Notes: generated by a model not told the origin, from the sequence alone. A stretch of 60,972 nt of DNA, filler included, from Hausera hauseri (GCA_046269625.1; 11 parts of 11 records of this genome joined end to end with filler, not necessarily neighbours in it), one strand, 5' to 3'. Positions 11,897-24,192 are shown, numbered from the whole stretch's first letter. Program-made: numbers and translations.

Positions 11897-12986
11897 GTGC
11901 TTACTGCTGGGGGTTGATGCAGTGGTGACTCATTGTCCCCCATGGAGCTACTTTAACAGTTTTGAATTTTTATTCTAATTTTACGTGCTTAATAGTTTTT
12001 ATTGTTTCAATTTTTATAATGACGTTTTTGAAAGTCAGTAGCTGAGGGAATAACGACATTTGGTGATAGACTGCACAACAAAAGAAAGAAAAGGAACTTC
12101 TATGCACGGTGGGGTGTCATTGCACATTTGAAACCAATTATCTGTTTGAAACAGGAAACAAAAAGAAACAAGCAGTGCTTATTATTTATTCAGTTTATCT
12201 TCTAGTATTTTTCAGTTTCTTTATATTTCTTTTTTTTCATTTCTCTCTGTCATTCTGATTGTTAATTGGCACGTAGTGTAAACCGCAAGTCCACTGGTTC
12301 AACGCGTGAAGGAACATCAATTTATGACAAGATGATGTCGACATACTTTTTTTTTGCTTTATGCGCAGTTGTCGCTTTGCAGCATTGTGATTTCATACTT
12401 CGCTTCCCCTATATCTTTTTTTTCTCAACCTTGGCAGCACAAGCTGTCATGTTTTACATAGTTCATTAGTGTGTATGCGGCTTCTGTGTCGACAAAGAGG
12501 ATGCTGAACTTTGGGTGTCAGTGAAAGACGGGTAGGCATACCCCTACATTGAAAGCCTAATCTGTTTCAAGAACTGTGCTTCGTGGCGCTGCGTTATTCT
12601 GCCGTCAATGCTGCGGTTGTATTGTGTTAATTTGTATTCAAGGAGTTTCTGATTGTAGCTGTACATTGTTCATCTCTTAATGAGAACTGCTTGTACTATT
12701 TTCATCTGTCGCCATGGTACAAGCCAAAGTGTTTTCCCAACTTGGTGTATTTGTCTTTTTAGTTCCTTCTTTTATCTACCTAGTTGCATCCAATAGACCC
12801 TGTTTGCAAGGAGCTATTGATATAGTTTTAACTGTTTCGCTTGTTGAGTGTCTTTGTTGATGCTGAGCCTGTTGTACGGTTGTTGGGAGTGGCTATTGTT
12901 CTACTCTAACTTTTCTTCTTCAATGAATTCTTTGTTTGTTCCCTTGTCTTACTCTTGGTTTGTTATCAGGCTTGTGATATCTGACT

Positions 12987-14177
12987 ATGCCATCTCCTTT
13001 GGTATTAACGAGGAGCAGCCCAACCAGGTTGTTGTCGAATACCATGTTTAATCGAAATGTCAAAGCGCTTCAGCGAGGCAGGGTTAGCAGTCCTCATTGC
13101 GATATCCACAAACTTGTAGCTGAGCAGATGCTTGACCGTCGTTCTTTTGTGAAAAGAGAGACACCTGTTGTACTCGAAGTTGGTGCGCATACCGGTTGGT
13201 ATTTGCGTCACATGTTGGAGAAGAAAATGCTTTTTGGACTGAAGCAGTATATCCAGACGGATATTAGTGAGGATCGATTGAATGAAAACTATGCTGTTGT
13301 GAAGGATCTGATCCCCAGTGGCGTGGAATTTATCCAGATTTGTTGTGACGAAGAGACGGATCAGCTTCCTAACCCGTTTGGGATACCTGAGAGGTCCGTT
13401 GACATGGTTGTTTCATGCCTATCGGCTCACTGGGTGAATAACTTAGAAACAACAATGGTGTCGATTAGGAAAACATTGAAGAAGGATTCATTCTTCTTGT
13501 TGTCCATGTTTGGTGGTAATACGCTGTATGAGTTGCGTTCTGCATTTACACTTGCAATGAACGAAATCTATGGTGGTGTCGGCACTCACATAAGTCCGAT
13601 GATCGATGGTGCCGGTATCTCGTCGTTAATGTTACAAACGGGATACAACCTACCGTCTATTGACCTGGACAGACATTTGTTATTATATCAGTCTCCTTTT
13701 CATGTGATGGAGCATCTGCAGAGTATGGGGGAGAGCGCATGTCATATTCATCGCCGCTCTTTGGGCCGTACTACGCTTGCGTGTGTTGTTGCTCTATATC
13801 AGCACTTGTACGAGAAAGATTTGTTAATTCCGGCCACCTTCGAGATCTTTCATGCTATTGCATGGTCTCCAGGTCCAGACCAACCGAAACCATTACAGCG
13901 AGGATCTGGGGCTGTACCATTGAATTGCATTTCCACATCGGAGCATCGTGAATTGCAGGCTGTTCTCGAAGAATACTCGAAAAATCCTACCGACAAGTCA
14001 CTTCAAGACAAAGCGGAGGAAATTCTCAAGAGGATGAGAGAATCGTCCATGAAAGATTTTGCTGCCAAAGGGTTAGACGTGCGCGAGGTGTCAACATCGT
14101 TTTCCGATATCAAACCTTCTAACGAAAGAAACAGTGACTTGGCAGCGTTTCATGACTCAGATGACAAGGAAAAATAG
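12987..14177 (+). CDS. NDUFAF5: NDUFAF5-like SAM-dependent methyltransferase/arginine hydroxylase (complex I assembly factor)
   Basis: Motifs MFNRNVKALQR, VLEVGA, DMVVSCLSAHWVNNL, MFGGNTLYELR, HLQSMGES, IPATF and QPKPLQRGS. No introns. Confidence 0.88.
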   Translation: MPSPLVLTRSSPTRLLSNTMFNRNVKALQRGRVSSPHCDIHKLVAEQMLDRRSFVKRETPVVLEVGAHTGWYLRHMLEKKMLFGLKQYIQTDISEDRLNENYAVVKDLIPSGVEFIQICCDEETDQLPNPFGIPERSVDMVVSCLSAHWVNNLETTMVSIRKTLKKDSFFLLSMFGGNTLYELRSAFTLAMNEIYGGVGTHISPMIDGAGISSLMLQTGYNLPSIDLDRHLLLYQSPFHVMEHLQSMGESACHIHRRSLGRTTLACVVALYQHLYEKDLLIPATFEIFHAIAWSPGPDQPKPLQRGSGAVPLNCISTSEHRELQAVLEEYSKNPTDKSLQDKAEEILKRMRESSMKDFAAKGLDVREVSTSFSDIKPSNERNSDLAAFHDSDDKEK

Positions 14178-14454
14178 ACTGTAGCCTTTGCTTATTGCGT
14201 TTCCACACGCTTTTGAGGATGTGGACGTAGATTATCTTCTGTTTTCCAGGACTAGTTGTTTTGTAATTTTTACAGAGCGTACGAGCAACAGTTTTGTAGC
14301 GGAATCTTGTCTTTGTTGTGACTCTTTGCTGTTGATGACACTATTTTTATTATTAACTGTCATTTACAGAGAATAATTACTGAAGTGCTTTGAATGCTCT
14401 TTTCACTATTTTTTCTGTTTCACTCTGAACAAAATTTAACGAAACTAAGTGACT

Positions 14455-14494
14455 TATTTTTTTTTTTTTGATTTATCAGTTTCCTCTTTTTTAG
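14455..14494 (+). promoter_or_regulatory. Polypyrimidine tract and AG, a likely spliced-leader trans-splice acceptor for gMDH
   Basis: A long T run and ttcctctttttt lead into AG just upstream of ATG 14499. The contig has same-strand, intronless, kinetoplastid-style gene organisation. Confidence 0.5.
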
Positions 14495-14498
14495 AGTG

Positions 14499-15476
14499 AT
14501 GGTACACGTTGCTGTTCTCGGAGCTGGTGGTGGTATTGGTCAACCATGCAGTCTCTTGCTTGCATTACAACTTCCTGCCAAGAGTACTTTATCTTTATAC
14601 GACCTTGCCGGTGTCGAGGGAGTCGCTGCGGACATTTCCCACATTGATCGCGACATTAACATTCGCTGGGCCCAGGGCTCTTTGCCACCGAAGCCATGTG
14701 ATCCCGAGTTAACGAAAATTGCCAAGGGCGTCGATGTATTTGTTATTGTGGCTGGTGTTCCTCGGAAGCCAGGAATGACGAGAGATGACCTACTAGGAAT
14801 CAACGCAGGCATTGCAATGGATCTAGTTACAAGTTGTGCAAAAGTTTCTCCGAATGCGTGCTTCTGTATTGTAACGAATCCTGTGAATTTCATTGTACCA
14901 ATTGCTGTGATGGGACTGAAGAAGCTGGGGCTGTATAACAAGGACAAAGTGTTTGGAGTGTCTAATCTTGATGTGGTCCGTGCGACACGATTTGCGAACA
15001 ATGAGCGCAACCCGCTACTATGCTCTGCACCGGTTCCCGTTGTCGGAGGCCACAGCGACATCACCATTGTGCCCCTCTTCTCTCAGGTTCCTGGTGCTGC
15101 TGTGTCTGAGAACCCTGATCGGCTGAACCAGATTGTGAAGCGGGTTCAAGATGCCGGCACGGAGGTTGTTAAGGCGAAGAAGGGCAAGGGTAGTGCTACA
15201 CTCTCCATGGCATATGCTGGAGCTGAATTTGCAATGAAAGTTATCAGCGGCTTGACAGGGCAGTCGAATCCGCTTGTGTACGCATATGTTGATACTGATG
15301 GAGGACACGAGCTTCGATACTTTGCACTTCCACTTCTTCTCGGGAAGACTGGTATAATCAAACGCTACCCGATTGGTCCAATGAGCGCAGCTGAGAAGAA
15401 GTTTCTGCAAGCTGCGACTGAAGCTCTGAAGAAGAACATCGCGGATGGTGAGAATTTTGCAAAAGCGAAACTATAA
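14499..15476 (+). CDS. gMDH: Glycosomal NAD-malate dehydrogenase (canonical); kinetoplastid
   Basis: Motifs MVHVAVLGAGGGIGQ, GVAADISHID, AGVPRKPGMTRDDL, TNPVN, GGHSDITIVP and GSATLSMAYAG. Ends in PTS1 -AKL. Confidence 0.95.
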   Translation: MVHVAVLGAGGGIGQPCSLLLALQLPAKSTLSLYDLAGVEGVAADISHIDRDINIRWAQGSLPPKPCDPELTKIAKGVDVFVIVAGVPRKPGMTRDDLLGINAGIAMDLVTSCAKVSPNACFCIVTNPVNFIVPIAVMGLKKLGLYNKDKVFGVSNLDVVRATRFANNERNPLLCSAPVPVVGGHSDITIVPLFSQVPGAAVSENPDRLNQIVKRVQDAGTEVVKAKKGKGSATLSMAYAGAEFAMKVISGLTGQSNPLVYAYVDTDGGHELRYFALPLLLGKTGIIKRYPIGPMSAAEKKFLQAATEALKKNIADGENFAKAKL

Positions 15477-15836
15477 ACATGTATCTAGCATGGCAAAAAA
15501 AAGAGGAAAAAATGGATGAAAAAAATAAGTAATAGTGTGAGCGTGTGTGTCATTTTTTAAGAAAAAGTAACATTGTTTTTATTACGTCATGAAAGATCTG
15601 CGAGTTTATAACTGTTTTGTTTTCAGTGTTATATTTTTCATTTTTTTTTGTCTGGATACGTGTTTCCGTTTGTATGTGGAATGTTGGTATAGGTTGTTTG
15701 ATGGGCAATTTGTTTATTGCCACTTGTTCTGTGCTTCTGTATGCACTTGTTTGTAAACTAGCTCTCTTTTGCATTATTCAGGTTACTGCACTTGTAATAG
15801 AAAATAATTATCGTCATTGTTTTTCAGTGAGACACG

Positions 15837-15915
15837 ATGGTGAACGTTGCTGTTCTTGGAGCTGGTGGTGGTATTGGTCAACCATGCATTCTCTTGCTTG
15901 CATTACAACTTCCTG
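15837..15915 (+). CDS. 5' end of another gMDH-type gene, cut by the contig end
   Basis: MVNVAVLGAGGGIGQPCILLLALQLP is nearly identical to the start of the 14499 gene. Confidence 0.85.
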
Positions 15916-17068
15916 NNNNNNNNNNNNNNNNNNNNNNNNNNNNNNNNNNNNNNNNNNNNTTAATTAATTAANNNNNNNNNNNNNNNNNNNNNNNNNNNNN
16001 NNNNNNNNNNNNNNNCTTACTGCTATTCTACATTTCTTGTCCTATAGAGTTATATGATTATCGTCCCTGTCTGACCGCAACAGCACAAAGTTAGATTGAA
16101 ACACACATTTATTTATCTTTTGTTCTTTAGCAGCAAAGAATAAAGAGCTGTTCTAACTGGCTTTCCGAACGCAAAGTGGTGGGTTTAATTCCCGGTAACA
16201 GCATTTCGACATATATTTTTTAAGAGGTTCCACAAAAGGTATCAGAGAAAATCTTTGGTAAAGTACAGGCGGCCTGGCGTTATGATGGCGCCATAAACCA
16301 GTTAGTTATGTGTCACTGAAACTGTGGCCATCAGCTCCACATTCGCCTGTCTGGGTAATTTTTACTTTTAGGAAACGTTTTGGTGGCTGAATAGAACAAC
16401 CTGGGCGTTATTAAATGTTCTTCTCTTTCGTTGTTGCTTAATTCCGTGTACACAAGTTGTCCATTTTTCTGGATAAATGGTGCTGCCTGGGTTAGTTTGT
16501 CTATGCTGTTATACAGCTTTGTGTGAATTAATGGTTGTGTTATCCAGTCTTCAACTGAGTGACATGTCAAAAGTCAGGGACAAGATAATTTAAAATGTTT
16601 TATTTTTTTTTATTCTGGGCTATTCCCGAAACAGTGTTCATAAAATCAAAATAGGCAAAAGCTTGAAGACATGTTAGATGACAAATTGACTGCCAGAAAA
16701 AAAAAGTCTCATGGAACTGGATCCGTTGGTAGGCTAAAAATGCAGACTGGATCAACATCACTAACTAGGTTATCAAAGACTGAGGACAGAATAAAATCAG
16801 TAGAAAGACAGTTGGCCGAAAAGTCTTGAAAACTCTTTGAAATACCTCTACACCAGAATTTCTAGAGGAGCGTCATTTATAAGTTAATATTAAGAAAGTT
16901 TATATTTAAAAAATTGTAATAATTGTCAGTTCGTGCGCGGAAAATACACATTACTCCATTTCCACCAGGGGAAATAAGCGATATGACTTCCCTTTGATGT
17001 TCTGCCTGTAGTTCAGTCAGCTTCTGATGTTCAGAAGGCAACATTGGCAGAGAAGACTCATGGCCAGA

Positions 17069-17568
17069 CTATCTCCTGCTTGCGGGGATTGTAAACGACG
17101 GTTCTAATCTCTGGGCCTGTCTACGCAGTTGTAGCAGTCTCGCCTCATTCTCCAGAAGTTGTTCATTGTTAGCGATGCTTGTGGCTCTATCCAACATATG
17201 TTTGAAAATGAAAGGGTTGGCGTTAAGAAGGAAACTTGGGTTCGCTTCCTCAGACAAGTCGTGTGCATGTTCCTCGTTAAGGCTCAATACTCTGTTATCA
17301 ATATAACCAGAAGCATCGGTCAAAGGATTAACGCCTTCAGTGCCATATGAGTCACCCGGAACTAGTCGCTTGCCCAGACCAAAAGAAAAGCCGTAGGGAT
17401 CAAGAGGTTGGCCGCGTCTTTTTCCTATGCCCATGTTTCCAAATCTGGGATCAAGCTTTGACTGGCGGCGGTAGGAATTGCTGTTGTCGTTGCCGAAGTG
17501 TCTTAACGCTGTTTGCAGCGCTGTGTCCACTTCTGCTCTCGTCATGGGTCTGCCCGGGCTGGCGGCAC
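17069..17568 (-). CDS. Last exon of an allatostatin-A/buccalin-like neuropeptide precursor
   Basis: Amidation and dibasic sites: RR-QSKLDPRFGNMGI-GKRR and GQPLDPYGFSFGL-GKR. A phase-1 splice acceptor (gtcttttttcag) precedes 17568 on the minus strand. Confidence 0.75.
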
Positions 17569-18079
17569 CTGAAAAAAGACAAAACTATTATTTAGGGTTG
17601 CAAAAAAGAAATAAAGAATGAAAGTAATAATGAAACAAATAAAGACAACATTCAGTGCATTTAAAACAAACAGCTAATTAACAGTGAGAAAAGTCTTGAA
17701 GCATCGGTAGCGTCCTGGATAATCATTCACGATCCACCAGACGGAACGGGTTCGACTGCCGCTCTAGTCCCACGTTCTGCCAAAGTATTTTTCCTAGGGT
17801 TAACACAGCCACTAAAAAATACTTTCTCTCTCTCTTAAAGACCAGAAATGTTGTTTTCCCTACGGAGTACGTGCTGCCAGCGACACTTGTCAGGAATTTC
17901 CGGTAAATGACTGTCTAGGCAATCAAATCTTATATGGTTCACCTGTGTACTGTGACACTTAGTTACAACTCATATCTCTTATATTTGCTTGACAAAATCA
18001 ATTTCACTACACTAAAAAACGTAGGTTTTAAAGATCAATGCTGGAAAATGCCGACCTCACCGACGCTGGACACAAGCCG

Positions 18080-18215
18080 CAGTACCGTAGCAGTTAATAC
18101 ACTCGCTTACAGGTCGCAGCAAGGTTGTGGGTTGGATTCTCAGTAGTAGTGGGCCGAATGTTTCTGACCAACTGCTTCGGAGTCCACCAAATCTTAAAAT
18201 GTGGGTACCAGAGAA
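18080..18215 (+). mobile_element. Degenerate SINE fragment (Deu/Nin-like core)
   Basis: A tRNA-like head is followed by gtccaccaaatcttaaaatgtgggtaccagag, which is related to the 19020-19115 copy. Confidence 0.45.
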
Positions 18216-19019
18216 ACGATATAGAGAAATAAAAATCATGCTTTTATGTCAGCCATGATGGTTAGCCAAGATCCTCTGCCTATGTCCAAGTCGTGTATCT
18301 GGACAACGGTAGGGAACCCTGTCGGCTAACGGGCGGAGGTTCGGGATGGTCCCCAGCTGAGTGGTGAATCACTTCTAGGAGGCCAAGGTTTACACTAAAT
18401 CGTGGGGATCTTGGTCCACCTCCAAAACACCACAGGACAGCAGGAAAGTTCAGCTACCCTACTCCATACTCCATAATGCAACAGCCATTCTAACGGCTCA
18501 TCCATAAGAGCTGACGCTCGGTGATGTGGAGATCGAACAACAACATATGTCGGCCACATAAACCCCATAGTGTGCCATTGGTCACTCACAGCTTCATATT
18601 CTCATTCAATGCATGACACTGCTTGCATTTGCCTTTAAGCGCCAATTGATAACTTCGCGCTTTTGCACCTGCTCTAGATCATGAAATGTCCGACGATAAT
18701 GTGGGATGTAAAGAACATCCCCCTGATGATATTGACAATTATTTCAGAAAAGAACAATACTCTCAAATTACGGCAGTATGTTTGCGGCAAATTCAAGACA
18801 GACCATAAGATCTGCGTAACTACGGTGCCACAAAAAACTACCACGAATGTTTAGAAAGAAGATCTGGTGGTCGCAACATCATTTTTCTTATCATAGTTTT
18901 TTTTTTCCCCACTCCCATAGCATTGGTGAATGCCGTAGGGGAATGAAGTGTTAGTGCCTTCAATTTTCTAGGCTTCGGCTTTGTGAGTAGGGATGCCACT
19001 ACTTTTCTCACCATATTTG

Positions 19020-19115
19020 TTTCCCAGGTTTTACTCTGGTACCCATTTCAGGCTGGGTAAACCTGAGGTCCGGCGGGCGGAATTGAACCCGCGCCACTAG
19101 ACTCAGCATCCTAGT
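19020..19115 (-). mobile_element. SINE fragment (Deu/Nin-like core)
   Basis: The reverse complement has a B box gggttcaattcc followed by cctcaggtttacccagcctgaaatgggtaccagag. Confidence 0.5.
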
Positions 19116-20154
19116 AAGACTTTCGTAACCATTCTTTTTTCCAACCGCACATCGTTTGATTATGACACAATCACACCTGTCTAGGAACAGAGACCTCACC
19201 TGTCTAGGAACAGAGTCCTAAGTAGAATTTTTGCACCTGTCAAGGACAAAAAATTGGGCACACGGCGAATACAAATTAACAGTAATTGACAGTGATGTAA
19301 CCCCAAAACAAAATAAGTGCTTCTTAGGAACAAAACACAAAAACCAACTTTGGTCAGTTTTCATATTAGAAGACTGAAAACTGCAGTCCATTAAAGACAT
19401 GACAGCACCGTCTGATCGTTGTGATTTTCGTAACTACTCTGTCTTATTTGACGATCGGCAGTCGTTAGTTTTTGTCTCCGTGCATAACTAAGTGGTATTC
19501 TCTGTTCTTGTTAGTGAATTCTTTATCTATCGGCATCACAGATGGGGATGTGATCAGCATCTTAGGGATGAGTCCTGAAAGGTCTGGTGTAGTTGTCAAA
19601 AGGACTGTGTAGAGGGTTGGTGAGATTTAAGGCCAACCCATGTTGACTGCTTGGTGGTAGACTGAGGTTCTTCAGGCGTTATTACTTCAAGACAATCACA
19701 AGATTGACAAAGACATTTACTGTTTTGGCATCAGACAGTCATAACAAAAGTGGTATTTATTACAATCATTGTTTTGCCTTGATCACAGAAACACTTATGT
19801 TTATCACAATCACAACTTTTAACAATTGCGAATTACAACTTTTCTGAAAGCTAAGAATCTACCAGCATTCGTTATGGCCTGGTGCCTAGACCCACCAAAA
19901 TTCTGCCCACACAGCATACACATGCCGACCAGCAGACACGTGACACAGTCCATGGTATCTGAAATGAAAAGACAGTACCTTGTTTGTATTGTGGAATTAA
20001 ACAGTGTTCATTTCGTTGTTATCAATTTCAGTGTAAGATGGTAACTTCTATATGAGTCAGAAAAAATTAACCTTCACGAGGCACGCTTTGACCGCGCAGA
20101 TGGAGTTTTACTGGCCTTTCCTTGCACTCGAGCTGGAGGAGAGTAAATTGGAAC

Positions 20155-20400
20155 TGGGGGTTCAGTGGTCTCACGGTAAGACGTCCGCCTCGAGTGCTAG
20201 AGGTACAGGGTTCAAATCCCGGTGGACGCATTTGGGATTTTTTCTCCTTTATCTTCTAGTAAATAAATTCCCCTGATATCTGGGTAGTTAGATCGGACGT
20301 CCGTGTACATTGTCGTGCACGTTAAAAATCCATTGGCAGTTCGAAATCGTAAAAGAGTAGGTCTAACGGCCGCTGTCCGGAAAAATTCTAAGAAAATCAC
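20155..20400 (+). mobile_element. tRNA-derived SINE, same family as in contig 1
   Basis: A box agtggtctcacgg, B box ggttcaaatccc and core gtgcacgttaaaaatcc. Colinear with the reverse complement of 6240-6486 joined to 1-130. Confidence 0.8.
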
Positions 20401-20537
20401 CCAACCTACAGGGTCCTCGCCAGTAAAGCTGAGTAAGNNNNNNNNNNNNNNNNNNNNNNNNNNNNNNNNNNNNNNNNNNNNTTAATTAATTAANNNNNNN
20501 NNNNNNNNNNNNNNNNNNNNNNNNNNNNNNNNNNNNN

Positions 20538-22255
20538 ACGGGCTGCAGCCTCTATTCTTTGTAATTTTAAGTATTAGTTGTTCCATAAATTCCTTTTCTG
20601 TTGTATCATTTTCAGTAATATTGTCTACTTTTTCGACGGTGAACTCAGGTTCTGCATCTAAGTCGACGTCTGGCGAAGTTCATGGTTATTTGTCATTTTA
20701 GTACTCATCGGAACACTCTTTTTCCGTGTCATGACAATTTGCTTAGGTGCTATAATATACTCATATTCAGTTTCTGATTCGGTTAAACCAGGGTACACTT
20801 CTAACAGTCTTAGCTTATTCCCATATTCATTTCCAGTTATTAGAATTTGTGGATTAGTAGTTTCAGGTTGAGCATCTAGAAATTTTCTCAAATCTTGTAT
20901 GTCGATAATAGTACCTGTATCTCCGCGAACACCATATTTCGTTTCTAAGTTCTTGTTGACTTTAATCATGCTAGTTTTATTAGGTTCGGTAAATGAAACG
21001 CTTCGTGGGTTCGGACATGACCGTGCAATGTGTCCTTCACCACAGGTGAAGCAAGCTAAATTTCCATTTCCGCCGACTCTGTCGACCGTCTTCATTCATA
21101 GGTAACTTACACCTATTCATGCTTCTATTGTACTCGTTTGGCGAAACTTTTGTCCTCTCTACGTTCCGTCGACTATCATTATTTCGGTTACCCTCATAAC
21201 GGTTTGAATAGTTAAAACCTCTGTAGTTTCCTCGATTTATATCCGAATTGGAATTCGCCGTATTCATATTTTGGCCATTAGCATAATTATTGTTTCGACT
21301 TTTTTGTAGTCATTATTACTATTTCTATTTTCATAATTTCTATTAAATCGTCTATCATCTCTTGCGCGATTATCATTCAGATTCCTATGGGTATGATCAT
21401 TCCGATTATTATTTCTATCATTTCTATCATTATGTCTAGCATATCTATCGAGTGCCATTTTTAAGTCTTGGACCAATTGTAGAGTTCTCTCTAAATTCTC
21501 GGGGTCTGCCAAAATGAAGTGTTTAACCAAATCTCGGGACCAAATACCATTAATTAATTGAGTCGTCATCATGACGTCTAGATCTGGCGGGGTTGCCTTT
21601 TCTGCAGCATTACGTTCTGCGTCTGATTTAGCTTTTGCTACATTAGATATTCTTAAGGTACTTACATAACTATTAGCAAGTTTCTTCAATGCAAATGCAA
21701 ACTGGGTTACCGATTCACCCTTTTGTTGCACTCTTTTGGAATGCCACAAGCTTCTGCTGCGGCGTTACTGTCGGCAATATTTACGGTTCAATGCTTCTAC
21801 AAGGGAGGACCAAGATTTCTTCTCGTCATTAGTGAGCTTACTATAAGCATCAGCGGCTAAATTCTTCAAATATAACGACAAACGTTTAATCATCACTTCA
21901 GGAGTAAGACTAGCACCTGCGTGCAATTTGTAAGTTTTCAAGAATTCATTAATCCGTCCGGATCATTATCGTATGCCGGCAGGTTCAGAGAATCGAAAGT
22001 AAAGATGTCCAGCTTCTGCGCTACTGGTGGGTTGTCTGCTGCCATACTAGTTTCAAAATGTGCTTTATTAACTTTTGGTTTCACGAGAGGAATTTTGAAC
22101 TTATCGGTTCGCTCAACGGCGGTTAAATCTGTATTAACTAAGTTTACTCTAGTTTCAGAAAGAGAACGTTTATCCAAATTTTTATTCTTCCTATATGTAT
22201 TTCTACGCGTCTGGCGTATGGGCGAGTTTTCCTTATCGTTTAAATTAAGGTTCAC
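20538..22255 (-). pseudogene. Ty3/Gypsy gag (capsid, Asn/Arg-rich linker, CCHC knuckle), frameshifted
   Basis: Contains KRLSLYLKNLAADAY..KSWSSLVEAL, QQKGESVTQFAFALKKLA and the knuckle CFTCGEGHIARSC. Confidence 0.8.
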
Positions 22256-23008
22256 TTTTAACCTATCAATATTTGTTCTCTGACAAATTTATTATTGAAA
22301 TCTTACCCAACTTATAACCCGAAATTTTAAATCTGAAACTGTATTCAATTACTTGGTGTACCGTTATCGAGTAGACAGATTGTGCCTTATTCAATAAATT
22401 AATTTTAGTACTGCTGGTACTCTCTTGCGGTCCTGTGCAAATGTTTAATAGAGTCTAATCTTATCTACTTATTTTACACTGAAATTTTAAAACACTTAGG
22501 GAAGTCTAATTACCCTTATGGGGCAATAGAAAACTATATAAAGATTTTTTAAAATATTTATATTTAAAAAAAACATAATTACAAGATCCTCAATTTATAC
22601 CAACAATCACTGATCACGTATCTCGATTATAACCAGGTTCAATTTCAATCACAATGAATCGTCTAAATTTTTGCAACTGCGTTGTTTGAGTTTCTGTGTC
22701 TCTGGTTTCTCTATGTTGTACTACTATTCAATTTCAACTAACACTAATTTTTGTCTCCCTTTAGACGATTGCGAATCACTTATATAGTCAGTCAGCTACG
22801 TGACTGTCTGATTCGTTGTAGTTATTTATAGTTTTCAATTCAATTTCTAGACATAATTTGCGAATTACTGATCATTTTTAACTGATTATTGTCTTGAAAA
22901 TTCAATATAATTTCAACATCCTTTCAAAAAGAAATTTTAATTTTGCCAAACTATAACTAAATTCCTTCTTATAACAGTATTTGGACGTCCTTATAATATT
23001 GGACGGTT

Positions 23009-23860
23009 TTATAACATTTTTCCTCCCTGAACGGCATCCTTGGATGTGCTCATTGCCTCAGGAGAGGTGATGACAAAACGTGACTCTCTTAGAAGATTAA
23101 TTCGTCGAGCCAGGCTCCTTTCCGATTTCGTATTCGTCGGGTTTTCTCGGGAACTTATTTCCAAAGCATAACTATAATGGGGTTTTATACGGACTACACG
23201 GGTATAACTGCCATTTGAAAAATACTTTAAATCGGTAGCCTTGGCTCTACACACTGGACATGTGGTCCACTTTTCTAAACAATCTCGACAGTATTTGTTG
23301 TCCCCAGTCACGGTTATTCAGCACAACGTATTCTTGCTGAAGGTTTGCCTCGCTTACTGGACATTCATTTTCCTCCTTGTCCCATTGTTCATAATCTACA
23401 TCTACGCGTATTATGAGCTCAATGGGTTCGAGTACGATACCATCTTTATCCTGTTATAAATAGCCATAAATTTGTTTTTGTTTGGGGTTTACTGAACTTT
23501 TCCTAGGGTCGCAACCTACTAGCACCAATGTCCAGTCGACAAGAGTATCTCGATCTAAGTCGGGAATCTCGCCTTCCATTCAGTATCTTTGATACTGCTT
23601 TTTAACAAGGTTTTCATCTGTTTATCCACTGGCACTGTTAACTTGCCATTTCTTTTTGACTGAAAAACTGGCGCGATATATTTTCCTATTTTAGGGTTTT
23701 CCCAAATATAGGTATTTTCATATACTTCTTGGGTCGGTGCAGTTTTGACGAAAAACATAGCCTTTTTAATTTTTTGGTGACTATAATATTCGGTGGTCAC
23801 CAGTGTTTTTGGATAATCTTTAGCTGTTATAAAATGCACATCTTCTTGGGCGCCTTTACT
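23009..23860 (-). pseudogene. Retroelement accessory ORF X (unknown domain) followed by a RING-HC finger
   Basis: AMFFVKTAP..KYIAPVFQSKRNGKLTVPVD..PDLDRDTLVDWTLVLVGCDPRKSSVNPKQK matches the ORF at 36371-37036. It continues ECPV(S)EANLQQEYVVLNN(R), then after a frameshift KYCRDCLEKWTTCPVCR. Confidence 0.65.
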
Positions 23861-24192
23861 TTTAAGGATGTTTACTTCTGTAGAAAGTTGTTAAAAACCG
23901 CTTTGTGGGATTCTGAATGTATATATCGATTTCCTGAATTTTTCTGAGATTATCTTCTGATTATTTACGGATGTTGTTTGAATTTCTCCTGTTATCTCTA
24001 AATCTCGGAGCTCATCTTTCGTTTTATGGGCTTGGCCTGGTATTTGAGTTCAATTTGTTTCTTTATTTTTCTTCCTAAACAAGTAATCGTAAAGAGATCA
24101 TTTTCTCTTAATTGCTGGCGTCTGTTCATTAATTTTTTTCTTTCTTTGGGGAGCTTGCGTAATTTTGAAGTTTCCAGCTGTAGCCGTTTCTT

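Noticed and set aside
14540-15410. Antisense ORFs over gMDH (and similar ones over CNOT6 and pol genes)
   Set aside because: These are shadow ORFs of real genes on the opposite strand.
22300-22990. LTR between RING and gag (TATATAAG on the minus strand near 22780)
   Set aside because: No TG..CA boundaries, PBS or second copy could be identified, so it is left unannotated.
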